From: an uncultured delta proteobacterium | Lineage (GTDB): Bacteria; Desulfobacterota; Binatia; Binatales; Binataceae | DNA length: 64,000 bases | Direction: 5' to 3' | NCBI GenBank assembly: GCA_963842085.1 | Contig: CAWJET010000001.1 | Span: 2,560,001-2,624,000 of the forward strand | Shown: positions 25,644 through 36,000 of the stretch, in pieces | Layout of the letters: the number at the start of each line of letters is the position of its first letter | Numbering within the stretch: the first letter of the stretch is position 1 | Made by a program: the position numbers and the translations under genes | The notes under the pieces: generated by a model | The model's input: the letters and a program-made list of their open reading frames with translations, nothing else | Told to the model about the DNA's origin: nothing | The model's database searches: none

Positions 25644-27851
25644 TTGCCCGAACAGAACCCGATCAGAGTTGCGGTTATCGGCGGTGGGTGCGCCGCGATT
25701 GCGGCAGCTTTCGAGTTAAGCCGTCCCGCACACAAAGGCAAATACCAGGTAACCATTTATCAGCTCGGTTGGCGGCTAGGAGGGAAAGGAGCTTCGGGCC
25801 GCGGCCCGGCGGATCGAATAGAAGAGCACGGCCTCCATCTGTGGATGGGATCCTATGAGAATGCATTTCGGCTGATACGCGAGTGCTATGCGGAACTCAA
25901 GCGGGATCGAACTAAGTGCAGAATCGCGGACTGGCGCGATGCATTTTCTCCGGCGCCTTTCATTGGCCTGGCGGAGCGAGCACGCGACGGCTCCTATTGG
26001 AACTTTCTTTCGTACTTTCCGCCGGGGGATGGTCTTCCGGGCGATCCCCTTAGCGAAAATGATCCTTTCACTGTAACGTCCTATCTAGCGCGCACCGCCA
26101 GCATACTGCGTACGCTGCTGCTTGCCGTGCAAGCGGGGCGGAGCAGTAGGAGTGCGCCGAACGTAGGGCGCGGAACCTCGAATAGCCAGCGCTCCCATAA
26201 GTCAGGTCTTAACGCGGGCGAAGTATCCGGCGATCCTTCCCAGCGTGTCGCGCGTCTCCTCGGTCTGGGCGGGATTGCGACCACGGCCGGACTTATCGAG
26301 GCCGTCGAAATGCTCGAGATGTTGTTCGCGCCGCGCTCGAGCTACCCGGCTAATGGAATCGTGCAGCTCCTTGACCTGATCGCGGCTAGCGCCCGCCGCC
26401 AACTCGAGGCTTTGATCGAGAACGATCCCGAGCTGCTGGTGCTATGGCAGGGAATCGATCTGGCGATGGCATCGATGCGGGGAATTCTTCGCTTCGGACT
26501 GGTTTCAGACCCGCGGGGTTTCGACGCGATCAACGATTACGACTTTCGCGAATGGCTGCGAATCAACGGCGCGTCGGAGCGCTCGATCGAGTCACCCTTT
26601 ATCCGCGGCGCATACGATCTGGTGTTCGCGTACGAAGATGGAGACTATCAGCAACCGAAACACGGGGCAGGCGTTGCGCTGCGCGGCGCATTGCGCATGC
26701 TGTTCAGCTCGCGCGGCGCGATCTTCTGGAGAATGAACGCCGGCATGGGAGATACGGTCTTCGCGCCCATGTACGAGGTGCTTAAGAAGCGCGGAGTCGT
26801 CTTCAGATTTTTCCATCGCCTGGAGAGAGTAAGACTCGCGGATCCCGCCGACCTTGCCGAGGGTGAGCGCGCTTACGTCAAGGCGTTGGAATTCGACGTG
26901 CAGGCCAAGGTCAAGGAGGGAAAGGAGTATGCGCCGTTGATTGATGTGGGCGGGCTGCCATGCTGGCCGTCGAAGCCGGATTGGTCGCAACTGATTGACG
27001 GGCGCAGGTTCGACCGCGAAGGGTGGGACTTCGAATCGCATTGGGACAAGAGAAAAGCCGGTACCGAGGTATTGCGCGTGATCGATGATTTCGATTTCGT
27101 CGTGCTAGGTGTCGGGCTGGGAGCTATTCCATACGTATGCCAGGACTTTATCGAGCGCGATCAGCGATGGTCCGACATGGTTACGCATTTGAAGACCGTT
27201 AATACACAGGCGTTTCAGATCTGGCTGCGCGATGACATGGAACAACTGGGATGGAATGATCCTCCGCTAGCCCTGTCGGCGTTCGTGCAGCCATTTGAAA
27301 CCTGGGCCGACATGAGCCACTTGATAGGAGAGGAAGGATGGAAGGTCCGGCCGGGAGCTATTGCGTACTTCTGCAGCGCGCTGAAGGACCCTGTCTCGCC
27401 GCGAGCAACATCGGATGCCAGTTACGCCAAGCGACGACGGCAGGAAGTTCGCGAAAAGGCGATTCGCTATCTTAATAATGACATCGTACAGCTATGGCCT
27501 AAGGCGGTAAGGCGTCGCGGCGAATTCAGGTGGGATATATTGATGGACCCAAAAGAGAAGGCGCCTGGTCGTCAAGCGCGTGGCAAGAATGAGGCGCGCT
27601 TCGATTCTCAGCATTGGACGGCAAACGTGAATCCGAGCGACCGGTACGTCCTTTCGCTGCCAGGGACGCAGAAGTACCGCATCTCGCCACTGGACAACAC
27701 CTACGACAATCTGACAATAGCTGGTGATTGGACGACGTGCGGGTTGGATGCGGGATGCGTTGAAGCGGCAGTGATTTCCGGCCGGTTGGCGGCACACGCG
27801 ATTGCATCTTCGCCGCCGCTCGAAGATATAGTCGCGTATGACCATCCTTGA
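25644..27851 (+). CDS. FAD/NAD(P)-binding oxidoreductase of the phytoene-desaturase/HpnE superfamily
   Basis: VIGGGCAAIAAAFEL, RLGGKGASGR, EEHGLHLWMGSYENAF, C-terminal AGDWT..GCVEAAVISGRLAA. AGGAG RBS before TTG 25644. Confidence 0.82.
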   Translation: MPEQNPIRVAVIGGGCAAIAAAFELSRPAHKGKYQVTIYQLGWRLGGKGASGRGPADRIEEHGLHLWMGSYENAFRLIRECYAELKRDRTKCRIADWRDAFSPAPFIGLAERARDGSYWNFLSYFPPGDGLPGDPLSENDPFTVTSYLARTASILRTLLLAVQAGRSSRSAPNVGRGTSNSQRSHKSGLNAGEVSGDPSQRVARLLGLGGIATTAGLIEAVEMLEMLFAPRSSYPANGIVQLLDLIAASARRQLEALIENDPELLVLWQGIDLAMASMRGILRFGLVSDPRGFDAINDYDFREWLRINGASERSIESPFIRGAYDLVFAYEDGDYQQPKHGAGVALRGALRMLFSSRGAIFWRMNAGMGDTVFAPMYEVLKKRGVVFRFFHRLERVRLADPADLAEGERAYVKALEFDVQAKVKEGKEYAPLIDVGGLPCWPSKPDWSQLIDGRRFDREGWDFESHWDKRKAGTEVLRVIDDFDFVVLGVGLGAIPYVCQDFIERDQRWSDMVTHLKTVNTQAFQIWLRDDMEQLGWNDPPLALSAFVQPFETWADMSHLIGEEGWKVRPGAIAYFCSALKDPVSPRATSDASYAKRRRQEVREKAIRYLNNDIVQLWPKAVRRRGEFRWDILMDPKEKAPGRQARGKNEARFDSQHWTANVNPSDRYVLSLPGTQKYRISPLDNTYDNLTIAGDWTTCGLDAGCVEAAVISGRLAAHAIASSPPLEDIVAYDHP

Positions 27852-27865
27852 GAGGTGGGGCGAAC

Positions 27866-28591
27866 ATGAGCGAGCGGAAACGTCTTCATCGCGATGATCC
27901 GGCCAGAATTTCGCCGATCCGTGATTTCTCGAAACTCTACCACCGGCCCAATTTGGTGAACGGCACCAATCCTGCCAAGCCGGTTCCTTCCGAAGGGCCG
28001 CGCCGCGCTCCGGCGGGCGGCCCTCTGGCAGAAGGCGTCGGACTAGCCTATAGCGTCATCGAAAAGTATATCGCGGAAGGGCGGCGAACGGCCGAAGGGT
28101 TTAGCAGTCAGCCTTACACAACTCGCGCGGCGACCGATAACCTGCAGGACATTCTCGAACGGATTCTGCGTTTCCAGGCCGAGATAGTTCCGCTCTTCAT
28201 CGAGACGCTGGCCACAGTGGTGAGAGTCGATCCGTCGCGAAACGGTTATGCAGCAGCGCCCGATGTCTGGCCGCGGCCAAACGGCGCGCCAATTAACGCG
28301 ACAATGCCGGTATCTATCGAAGTAGTCTCAGTCCGACCGGTCCAGGTGTCGGTTGAAGTTCGGCCGAATTCCGAACCGCAGTCCCTCGTCGCGCTCGGCT
28401 TGAACGCGGTCGATCCCAGGAAACCCGCGCTGACGGAGGTCAGTTTCGTGCCTGACGACGAGGTTCGAGGACGGGCCAGACTACGTATTCGAATACCAGA
28501 CCGTCAACCACCTGGTACCTATTCTGGAGTGATTGTGAACCGGGACAGTGGCGAGACTCGGGGGACACTGAGCATTCGAATTGCTGGCTAG
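27866..28591 (+). CDS. Hypothetical protein
   Basis: Operon-spaced ORF with a GAGGT RBS. The C-terminus is beta-rich (IPDRQPPGTYSGVIV). Confidence 0.75.
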   Translation: MSERKRLHRDDPARISPIRDFSKLYHRPNLVNGTNPAKPVPSEGPRRAPAGGPLAEGVGLAYSVIEKYIAEGRRTAEGFSSQPYTTRAATDNLQDILERILRFQAEIVPLFIETLATVVRVDPSRNGYAAAPDVWPRPNGAPINATMPVSIEVVSVRPVQVSVEVRPNSEPQSLVALGLNAVDPRKPALTEVSFVPDDEVRGRARLRIRIPDRQPPGTYSGVIVNRDSGETRGTLSIRIAG

Positions 28592-28615
28592 TAAAGTGTA
28601 CTGACCATAGGACTT

Positions 28616-29644
28616 ATGAGTACTACGTTTCCCCTGGTTCCGATGATGCTGCGCGAGTACGGGGACCTGACTCGCGCCGCCCTTGGCAAGTATCTACCGT
28701 CCAGAGAACCGCGCCGCTACCTATACGATCTACTCAGTGACTATCCGCAACGCGGTGGCAAAATGATGCGTCCGAGCATGTGTATCGCGGCAGCGCGCCT
28801 TTTCGGCGCACCGCTCGAGGACGCGATGAGCACGGCAGTCGCGATCGAGTTGCTGCATAACGCGTTGCTCATACATGACGACATCGAAGACGACAGCGAG
28901 AAGCGCCGCGGCCGTCCGACTCTGCATCGCTTGCACGGTGTGCCGCTTGCGCTGAACGCCGGCGACACGTTGACGCTCATGAGCCTCAGGCCCTTGCTCG
29001 AGAATCGCAGCCGGATCGGCGAACGCCTGACGCTCAGGATCATCGAGGAGACCGAGCGAATGGCCCGTGAATGTGCGGAAGGTCAGGCCATGGAACTCGG
29101 ATGGCGCCGGTACAACATGAGCGAAATCGGTGACGCTGACTACCTGGAAATGGTCCTCAAGAAAACCTGCTGGCTGGCGACGATTTATCCGATTCGCGTC
29201 GGCGCTCTGATCGGAAGCCGCGACTCGGTGGATTTGGAGCCGTTCGTGCGCTACGGATTTTTTCTCGGCGCTGCCTTCCAAATCCAGGATGACCTGCTCA
29301 ACCTGGTCGGTGATGAGGCATATGGCAAGGAGATCGACGGCGATATCTGGGAAGGTAAGCGAACGTTGATGCTGATTCACGCGATCCGGGAATCGACGCC
29401 GGAGCAACGCGCGCGATTGTCCGCGATGCTGTGCAGGCCGAGAGAAGAACGCAAGCCTTCGGAAGTCAAATGGATACGCGGACTGATGGAAAAGTATGGA
29501 TGCACTGAGTATGCCCGCAAGATAGCACATGGGTTGGCGGGGGCCGCCTTGCACGAATACTCACTGCTGAGCGCCGGACTGCCTGACTCTCGCGACAAGA
29601 GGTTCCTGGAACAGATAGTCACATGGGTGATCCAACGGAACTAG
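28616..29644 (+). CDS. Trans-polyprenyl diphosphate synthase (GGPP-synthase-like)
   Basis: RGGKMMRP, FARM IHDDIEDDSEKRRGRPT, NAGD, GQAME, KKT, SARM FQIQDDLLN, DIWEGKRT. Confidence 0.92.
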   Translation: MSTTFPLVPMMLREYGDLTRAALGKYLPSREPRRYLYDLLSDYPQRGGKMMRPSMCIAAARLFGAPLEDAMSTAVAIELLHNALLIHDDIEDDSEKRRGRPTLHRLHGVPLALNAGDTLTLMSLRPLLENRSRIGERLTLRIIEETERMARECAEGQAMELGWRRYNMSEIGDADYLEMVLKKTCWLATIYPIRVGALIGSRDSVDLEPFVRYGFFLGAAFQIQDDLLNLVGDEAYGKEIDGDIWEGKRTLMLIHAIRESTPEQRARLSAMLCRPREERKPSEVKWIRGLMEKYGCTEYARKIAHGLAGAALHEYSLLSAGLPDSRDKRFLEQIVTWVIQRN

Positions 29645-29654
29645 AGGGGACATC

Positions 29655-31868
29655 ATGCCGAAGGTTACTCTTCCTAAATTCAACTCGGCTCTGGGCGAGC
29701 TGCTGGCGCTGCCGGCGCATCTCGAGCAGAGGTACAGCGACGTAGTCACACAGATATATCCGCTGAAAGCCAGCCTGAATCGGCTCCAGGAATTTTGTGA
29801 CGCTTACCTTAATCTGGACGAGGACTCGCCGGTGTCCTTCAAGGCTGCAGTTCCATGGGTCTTGATGCAGGTGTGCGATTACGGAGCGATGGCCTCCACA
29901 TCCAGGAACGTAGGCTGGTTTTCCCAGCACGAGCTGGCATTCGGCGTACCGATTCGATGGTATAAGAAAGAGAGAGGTAAGTGGGTATTCGTCGATTGGG
30001 CAATGGTATTCCCGTTTATCTTTGTGGACAATCCCCTTTCCATGTCAGGCGGCCGCAAGATCTATGGATGGTCGAAGTCTGGAATTCAGATCGACACTAC
30101 CGCGCCGATTTTCGAACCGGGTAACCTGCGCCGCCTGGTTAGCATCAGCCTCGTTACGTCAGGTTCTAATTACGGCGACCTGGCGGACACCGAAGAGTTT
30201 CTTCAGATCTTTCAACGCCGGCCTTTCGTGTCGGCCAGTTCGGCAGCTTCGGATCTGTTCAGCATCATTCCAAGAGCTATAGCCAGTTCTATGACGGCCG
30301 CATATAGCATTTTCGAAACCACAGGCTTGTTCCCTTTCGGTTACTCCGATCGCGATCTTCAATCTCTACAGGAGATGATGTCGCGCTTTTATGGAATGTT
30401 GAGTACCTTCGGACCAGAGTCGTTTCGCGCACCGGGGACAAAGGGGCCAGCGCAGCAAGCTTCGGACCGGAGCTCGGGTGCTTCCAAGTTCAACATCGTC
30501 ACCATGAAACAGGTCCGCGACGTGCGTTGCTCATCTGCCGCGTGCTTTCAGGCAATCGTCGGATCGAAAATGCAAATCGAAAGAAGCACCGACGGCGGCT
30601 ATCTTTTCGATCCTCTCTCGGGAGACGTCTCTGGCGGAATTTATATCAACCTGCTCGACACCAAGGTTCAGCCAATCGTGCGTACATTGGGACTTGAGAC
30701 TTCTGAATACTCGAGTGTCGGGGGCAAGCCGGCAGCAACGCTGAGGCCATTGATGCCGTTCTGGCTGAAGATGGACTTGGGTTACGGCCTGGCGGACTCC
30801 CAGTGCTGGCGTACTGACACAACCACCTGGACAGTCGGCGACGCACTCCACCATATACCGCGCAGGGAGATTCCGTATCTCGCGGTGGGAAGCGGTGCAG
30901 GTGAGGAGGTGGGGGGGCCCTACCATTTCCCGCGCATCACACTTCGCGTGATGCCGCTTAGAGCCGAAAAGAAGAAATTACAGAGCTTGCTCGATGGCTA
31001 TTTGAAAAACGACTTCTTTGAATTCGAGGTAACGGGCCAGATTAAAGCGCGCGGAGTACATTCTGTCGTATGTCTGATCGGCGCCAACTTCAAAGAGATG
31101 AGCGCGGCTTCCAATCCCGACACTGACTATTCGGATCGCGAACTATTCTTCGCCGTGCCGGTATTCTGGTGGGAGAAGAGCAAGCCTCGCTCCAAGCATC
31201 CGGCGTTGATTCCACTGTACACTTTCATGGGTACCGATTGGAACGCCGTCACGGCGTACGAGGTATATGGCCAAGTGGCGCTCAAGTCGATTTTCGTTAA
31301 TCCGGATACTTCGTGGCTGACGGATCCGGCAAGCGCGCATAAGTCCGAAACTCCGCTACTGACTGTCAAGACCGAGCTCTTTCCAGAGCCTGGCAAGAGC
31401 CAGGAGGCCCAGGAGATGACAGTGCTCGAAGTCTTATCCGCCCCGGGGGCCGCATCCCGCGGTTCAATCGCGACTTACCTGGACCAGCTGGGTCTGAGTC
31501 ACTTCCTGACCGGGAATCAGTTTCACAGCATCGCGCTGAAGCAAGTCATGGACGCGAAAGACTGTGCCCTTGCGAACTATCAGGCGCTAGTAGGACTCCG
31601 GCGTCAATTCAAAGGAATCAAAGACCAGGGAAACCCGGCGACGGGCATGCTCCCGCTAATCTTAATCAACGTCTTCGAATATCCGACTTTCCCGATAGTC
31701 GGAACGCTGGGATTGATATCGGAAAAGTGCGATAGGACCGGGCCATACCCCATAGACACGTTGAAACCGATCGATCCGTTCTGGGTCTCGGGTGCTATGG
31801 ACGGCGATGCGGGAATCGAGATGTGTTGGCGCGTCGGAACCGATTGGCAGCGGAACCCGAGCTTTTGA
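29655..31868 (+). CDS. Large protein with two acetoacetate-decarboxylase-like domains
   Basis: Repeated blocks ELAFGVP..FIFVDNPLSMSGGRKIYGWSK..MKQVRD..ACFQAIV and ELFFAVP..AYEVYG..LKQVMD..ANYQALV. Confidence 0.65.
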   Translation: MPKVTLPKFNSALGELLALPAHLEQRYSDVVTQIYPLKASLNRLQEFCDAYLNLDEDSPVSFKAAVPWVLMQVCDYGAMASTSRNVGWFSQHELAFGVPIRWYKKERGKWVFVDWAMVFPFIFVDNPLSMSGGRKIYGWSKSGIQIDTTAPIFEPGNLRRLVSISLVTSGSNYGDLADTEEFLQIFQRRPFVSASSAASDLFSIIPRAIASSMTAAYSIFETTGLFPFGYSDRDLQSLQEMMSRFYGMLSTFGPESFRAPGTKGPAQQASDRSSGASKFNIVTMKQVRDVRCSSAACFQAIVGSKMQIERSTDGGYLFDPLSGDVSGGIYINLLDTKVQPIVRTLGLETSEYSSVGGKPAATLRPLMPFWLKMDLGYGLADSQCWRTDTTTWTVGDALHHIPRREIPYLAVGSGAGEEVGGPYHFPRITLRVMPLRAEKKKLQSLLDGYLKNDFFEFEVTGQIKARGVHSVVCLIGANFKEMSAASNPDTDYSDRELFFAVPVFWWEKSKPRSKHPALIPLYTFMGTDWNAVTAYEVYGQVALKSIFVNPDTSWLTDPASAHKSETPLLTVKTELFPEPGKSQEAQEMTVLEVLSAPGAASRGSIATYLDQLGLSHFLTGNQFHSIALKQVMDAKDCALANYQALVGLRRQFKGIKDQGNPATGMLPLILINVFEYPTFPIVGTLGLISEKCDRTGPYPIDTLKPIDPFWVSGAMDGDAGIEMCWRVGTDWQRNPSF

Positions 31869-31986
31869 TGCGGCAATCGCGGACGACAATTAAGCAGCCG
31901 GACGTAAACGCGGTCTTCCAAAGTAAGAGAAGAAAGCGTGGTGGGGAAACCTGGGAGAAGATTGAATACTGTGTACTTACCCGGTT

Positions 31987-32988
31987 TCAGCAATAGCCAA
32001 CTTGGCGATACCATTTAATAGCATCGATTATTGTTTCAGTAAGGGGCCGTGGCGTGATGCCAAGCTCATCAAGCTCTCGGCCGGGAACCATGTAATCGAA
32101 TAACCTGGCCATCATCATTCCGCCGGCGGGTAGCCGCGTTTGCTCACCGATCGTTCCCAACATCAGTTCCATCGCGTATGCTCCCGCGAGCGCAAAGCTG
32201 GCCGCGGTAGAGATCCTTGGAGGCGGCACACCGCCAAGCTCGCAAATCAGCGAATACAACTCGCCGGTGGAGATATTGTGGCCGCTCATCTGTATCGGCT
32301 CGCCGTAGCGTTCCGCAGCAAGGGCAGCGACAATCGCGGCGGCCACATCGCGCACGTCGACCACATTCAACCTCTGCCTGATTGATGAAGGTATCTCACC
32401 GCGCAGCAGTAACGGTATCGTACATAGTTGACGGTCGTGCATATCCCACGGGCCGAGACAGTAGGTGGGATTCGCCATAACTACTCGAAGCCCGCGCCGG
32501 CTCGACGCGAGAATCTGCGCTTCGATTAGTTCCTTCACCTCGAAGTAGGGATGCGCGAGCCGCATCATCTGATGCTCGAGCCGCTGCGCACTCGTGCCTG
32601 GACGGGCGAGTGTTACGAACGAGCCGACGTAAACGAGCCGCGCGTTGTGTTTGCACACCGCATCAAGGAGCAGTCGCGTCCGCCGCTCGGCGTGCGCGAC
32701 AGGATCCTTTCCGGCTTCGCTCACTGGAGAGAACACACTGAGCGGATAAGGGGCTGCGGCGTCGACGACCAAGTCCTGGCCTGCTATCCATTTGTCGAAC
32801 TGACCGGGTGTTTCTGTATCCCCTGATGAATAGCGGACGGGCAAGCCGAGTACATTTGCGGGTGGAACGCTTCGGCGTCCGCACGCGGTGACCTCATATT
32901 TCCGCTCCAGCAAGGCGCGAACGATTGCGTTGCCCAGGTGCCCGGAGGCGCCTACGACGACCGCTTTGATGGCTGACCGTCGAGCCAC
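31987..32988 (-). CDS. NAD-dependent epimerase/dehydratase (HpnA/dihydroflavonol-reductase-like extended SDR)
   Basis: VVGASGHLG, YFEVK (YxxxK), NPTYCLGPWD, LNVVDVRDVA. Confidence 0.85.
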   Translation of the reverse strand: MARRSAIKAVVVGASGHLGNAIVRALLERKYEVTACGRRSVPPANVLGLPVRYSSGDTETPGQFDKWIAGQDLVVDAAAPYPLSVFSPVSEAGKDPVAHAERRTRLLLDAVCKHNARLVYVGSFVTLARPGTSAQRLEHQMMRLAHPYFEVKELIEAQILASSRRGLRVVMANPTYCLGPWDMHDRQLCTIPLLLRGEIPSSIRQRLNVVDVRDVAAAIVAALAAERYGEPIQMSGHNISTGELYSLICELGGVPPPRISTAASFALAGAYAMELMLGTIGEQTRLPAGGMMMARLFDYMVPGRELDELGITPRPLTETIIDAIKWYRQVGYC

Positions 32989-33008
32989 GACTTATGAGCC
33001 AGTGGGCT

Positions 33009-36000
33009 TCAACGAGCGAGCGAAGGCGTCGCACGCTTGGGAGCAGGAGTAGAGGTCGAGGTCGATTTGAGCTCGGCCAGAATAGCTTTGGCAGTTTTCA
33101 GCTCCGGCCAATCGAATCCTTCAGTGAACCAGTCGTGAATGGGCTGCAGAATACCAAGTGCCTCTGCTTGCCTGCCGCTGTTCATGAGCATTCGGCTCAA
33201 GCTGGTTGCCGCCCGCAGTTCGAGCGTCTTCGCGCCGCGCGCGCGGGCAATCTCAATAGCTTTGCGAAAGCTTTGTTCGGCCTCAGATTCAGCTTCTCGA
33301 ACATTCGCCGGGTTCGATGAAGCACACGCCTGTCTCAGCTTCAGTTCTCCATTGATCCTGCATAATTCGGACTCTACGTATCGCTCGTCGTTGCGCTCCA
33401 TCACCTCCCGAGCTTCGGCGAGCAATACTAAAGCCATATCTACTTGTCCGAGGCTGCCTAATGATTCTGCTATCGCCGATCGAGCCCAAGTGTGCGCCAG
33501 CTCATATCCTGCTGCGGAAAACCCACCGGGGGTGCCACCTCCTGCGGTCATCAGATCTATTCTTCCTCGTGCGGCCGCACTCATCGTGCGATAGGCGATC
33601 AGCGATGCTTCAAAAAAAGCGAACCCATACTCTTTAGTGAGGGTGAGTCCTTCGGCTATTACTTTGTCGGCGGCTCCATAGTCATGACGCATGGTGCAGT
33701 ACATGGCGATCATGGTGAGACACCAAGTTAGAGTGAACGGATATCCCAGCTCACGGGCAAGGACGATTGCCTCCTGCGCCTTTCTTTCAGCTTGATCGGG
33801 ACAACCAAGCATCCACAGCGTCATCGTATCGAAACAGAGGCAACTAACGCACGGGTCCTGGCCGAATTGGAACGCCAGCGTTCGGTGCTTTTGCTGATCG
33901 TACAGCCCGATACCCCGCCGGAGACTCGCGTGCGCCTCGGCAAATTGGCCCTTAAAGAATCGACTACAACCCGAGGCCCAGTCTGCCTGGACCAGCATGC
34001 CGTCATTTTGCAGGCGCGGCGCCAGGTGAGTCATCTCATCGGCGTAACCGCATGCCATTGCGTGCTCACCGCGAACGAGATGGAAGCTCCACAGGCCGAA
34101 TAGCACCGAAAATAGCCTTGAATCATCACCCAAACTCTGGCATAGCTCCCGAGCACGCCTATAAGCGCTTCCCATCTCAGGAGCATACCAACCCTTGGTG
34201 GCGAGCAGCGCGACACCAAAGTCGATTTGTATGTCCAGTTCGCGCCGCACGCGCTCTTGAGAGTAGGGCAATCCTTTGAGCAGCTCCAGGGCATTCTGGA
34301 AAGAACGAAGCGCTCCTTCATACGCGCTTTGCTTCAGTGCCTGAGCCGCAGCGAGCGCAAGGTACTGAACGGTCTTGTCAGCATCGGCAGCCCGGCCCGC
34401 TTGCCACAAGTGATGCGCCAGATCGCCCGCCTGGTCCTCGAGAGCATCGGCGTGCACGCGCTCGATAGCGTTGGCCACATTGAGATGGAGCCGTTGACGA
34501 CGCGGGGCGGACAGATCACTCAGGACTGCCTGGCGAATCAGCTCATGGGAGAACTGAAAGCTCGCCTCCGGATAGCCCAAGGTCGAGTAAATCAATCCTG
34601 CCTTTTCTGCTTCTTCGACGTAATCGAGCAGCGAGTCCGCGTCCAGGTTGGTTGAGGCTTCAAGGAGTTCGAAGGTGAACGAACGTCCTATGACCGCGGC
34701 GGGTCCCAGGATTTTTCGCGCTTGATCGCTAAGCCACGCGAGCCGCCGTCCTATAACCAGGCGCAGGCTTTGTGGCACGTCGATCGCCGCAAGATTGAGA
34801 TCACGGCGAAACTCCCCGTTGCTATCCAGAAGCCTGCCGCGCTCGATGAGATGGTGGAAAAGCTCCTCGACGAAGAAAGGATTCCCATCGGTGCCCAAGT
34901 AGATAAGGTTCACGATCGCGGGCGGCGGTTCTTTTCCACTTAGGGCGCGGATCATCTCGGCGACCGAATCCTGCGGCAGGCCTCGCAGACTGATCCGCTC
35001 GAGCATATGGATGCGCAGCAACTCGTCGAGGGTCTGCGTGAGGGGACCGGCGGAATCGAACTCGTTGTCGCGAAAGGTGCCCAGAATCAGCACAGGAATT
35101 TTGGAGATCGAGCGCGCAATATGATTCAGCAGCGACAGAGTTCCCTCGTCGGCCCAATGCAAATCTTCGAAGAGCAGAAGGATCGGACGAGTCGCCGCGG
35201 TCCGGCCGAGAAGTTCCACAACCGCATTGAAAAGGATCCTTCGCGATTGCTCCGGCGAAATTTCCAGCGGCGGCGGAACGTCCGGGAAGAGGCGGCGTAG
35301 CTGAGGCATCAAGCGAGCCATCTCGCCCGCGTCATTTCCGAGCGCAGTTCGGAAGGCTTCCTGGCTCGGCGATTGAGCCATCGCGGACTCGAGGATCTCA
35401 ACGAACGGGTTGAAGGGGAGGGAGTTTTCGCGATCGTAGCAACTGCCGACCAGCGTGATGAATCCTCGATCCGCAGCCTCTGCCGCAAACTCGGCGGCGA
35501 TCCGAGTTTTGCCCACGCCAAGCACGCCTCCGATCATCGCCACACCGCCCTTGCCGCCAAGCGCGCGTTCAAGCAGCCGGCGAAGTACGGAGCGTTCCGC
35601 TTCTCGGCCGACGAAAGTAGTGCGATCGGCGAGCGACTGGACGAGGCTGTTTTGAGGCCGCGAAAAAATCGGTGCAGTGACTTCCGCGACCGCGGAAGGC
35701 TTGATGCCCTCGTCGAGGGAGAACTGCCACGTTATCGGGGCGTGAGGATTTGCAAGATAGCAACTGAAGGATCCGGTCCTGATCGATCTGTCCAGCTGCT
35801 CGCCCAGTTGGCCATTATGCTCGGAAATTTTCTGCAGCGCAGACTTGATCGCGCGAGTGACGTTGAGCCGCGCACGCTCGGCCGCAGATCCCGCGCGCCG
35901 GTCGCGTCCGCCGAGACCGACCGCACGGGCTATCTCGCGCAGGAGAAAATCAATCTCGCTCTCAACCCGAGCGGCACGCGCCTCGTCGCCACGTTCCCGC

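Noticed and set aside
28616-29644. Prenyl synthase as the source of a dolichol-like carrier for the glycan locus
   Set aside because: It has DDxxD motifs of trans-prenyltransferases, whereas dolichol/undecaprenol come from cis-prenyltransferases. It is also separated from the locus by mobile debris.
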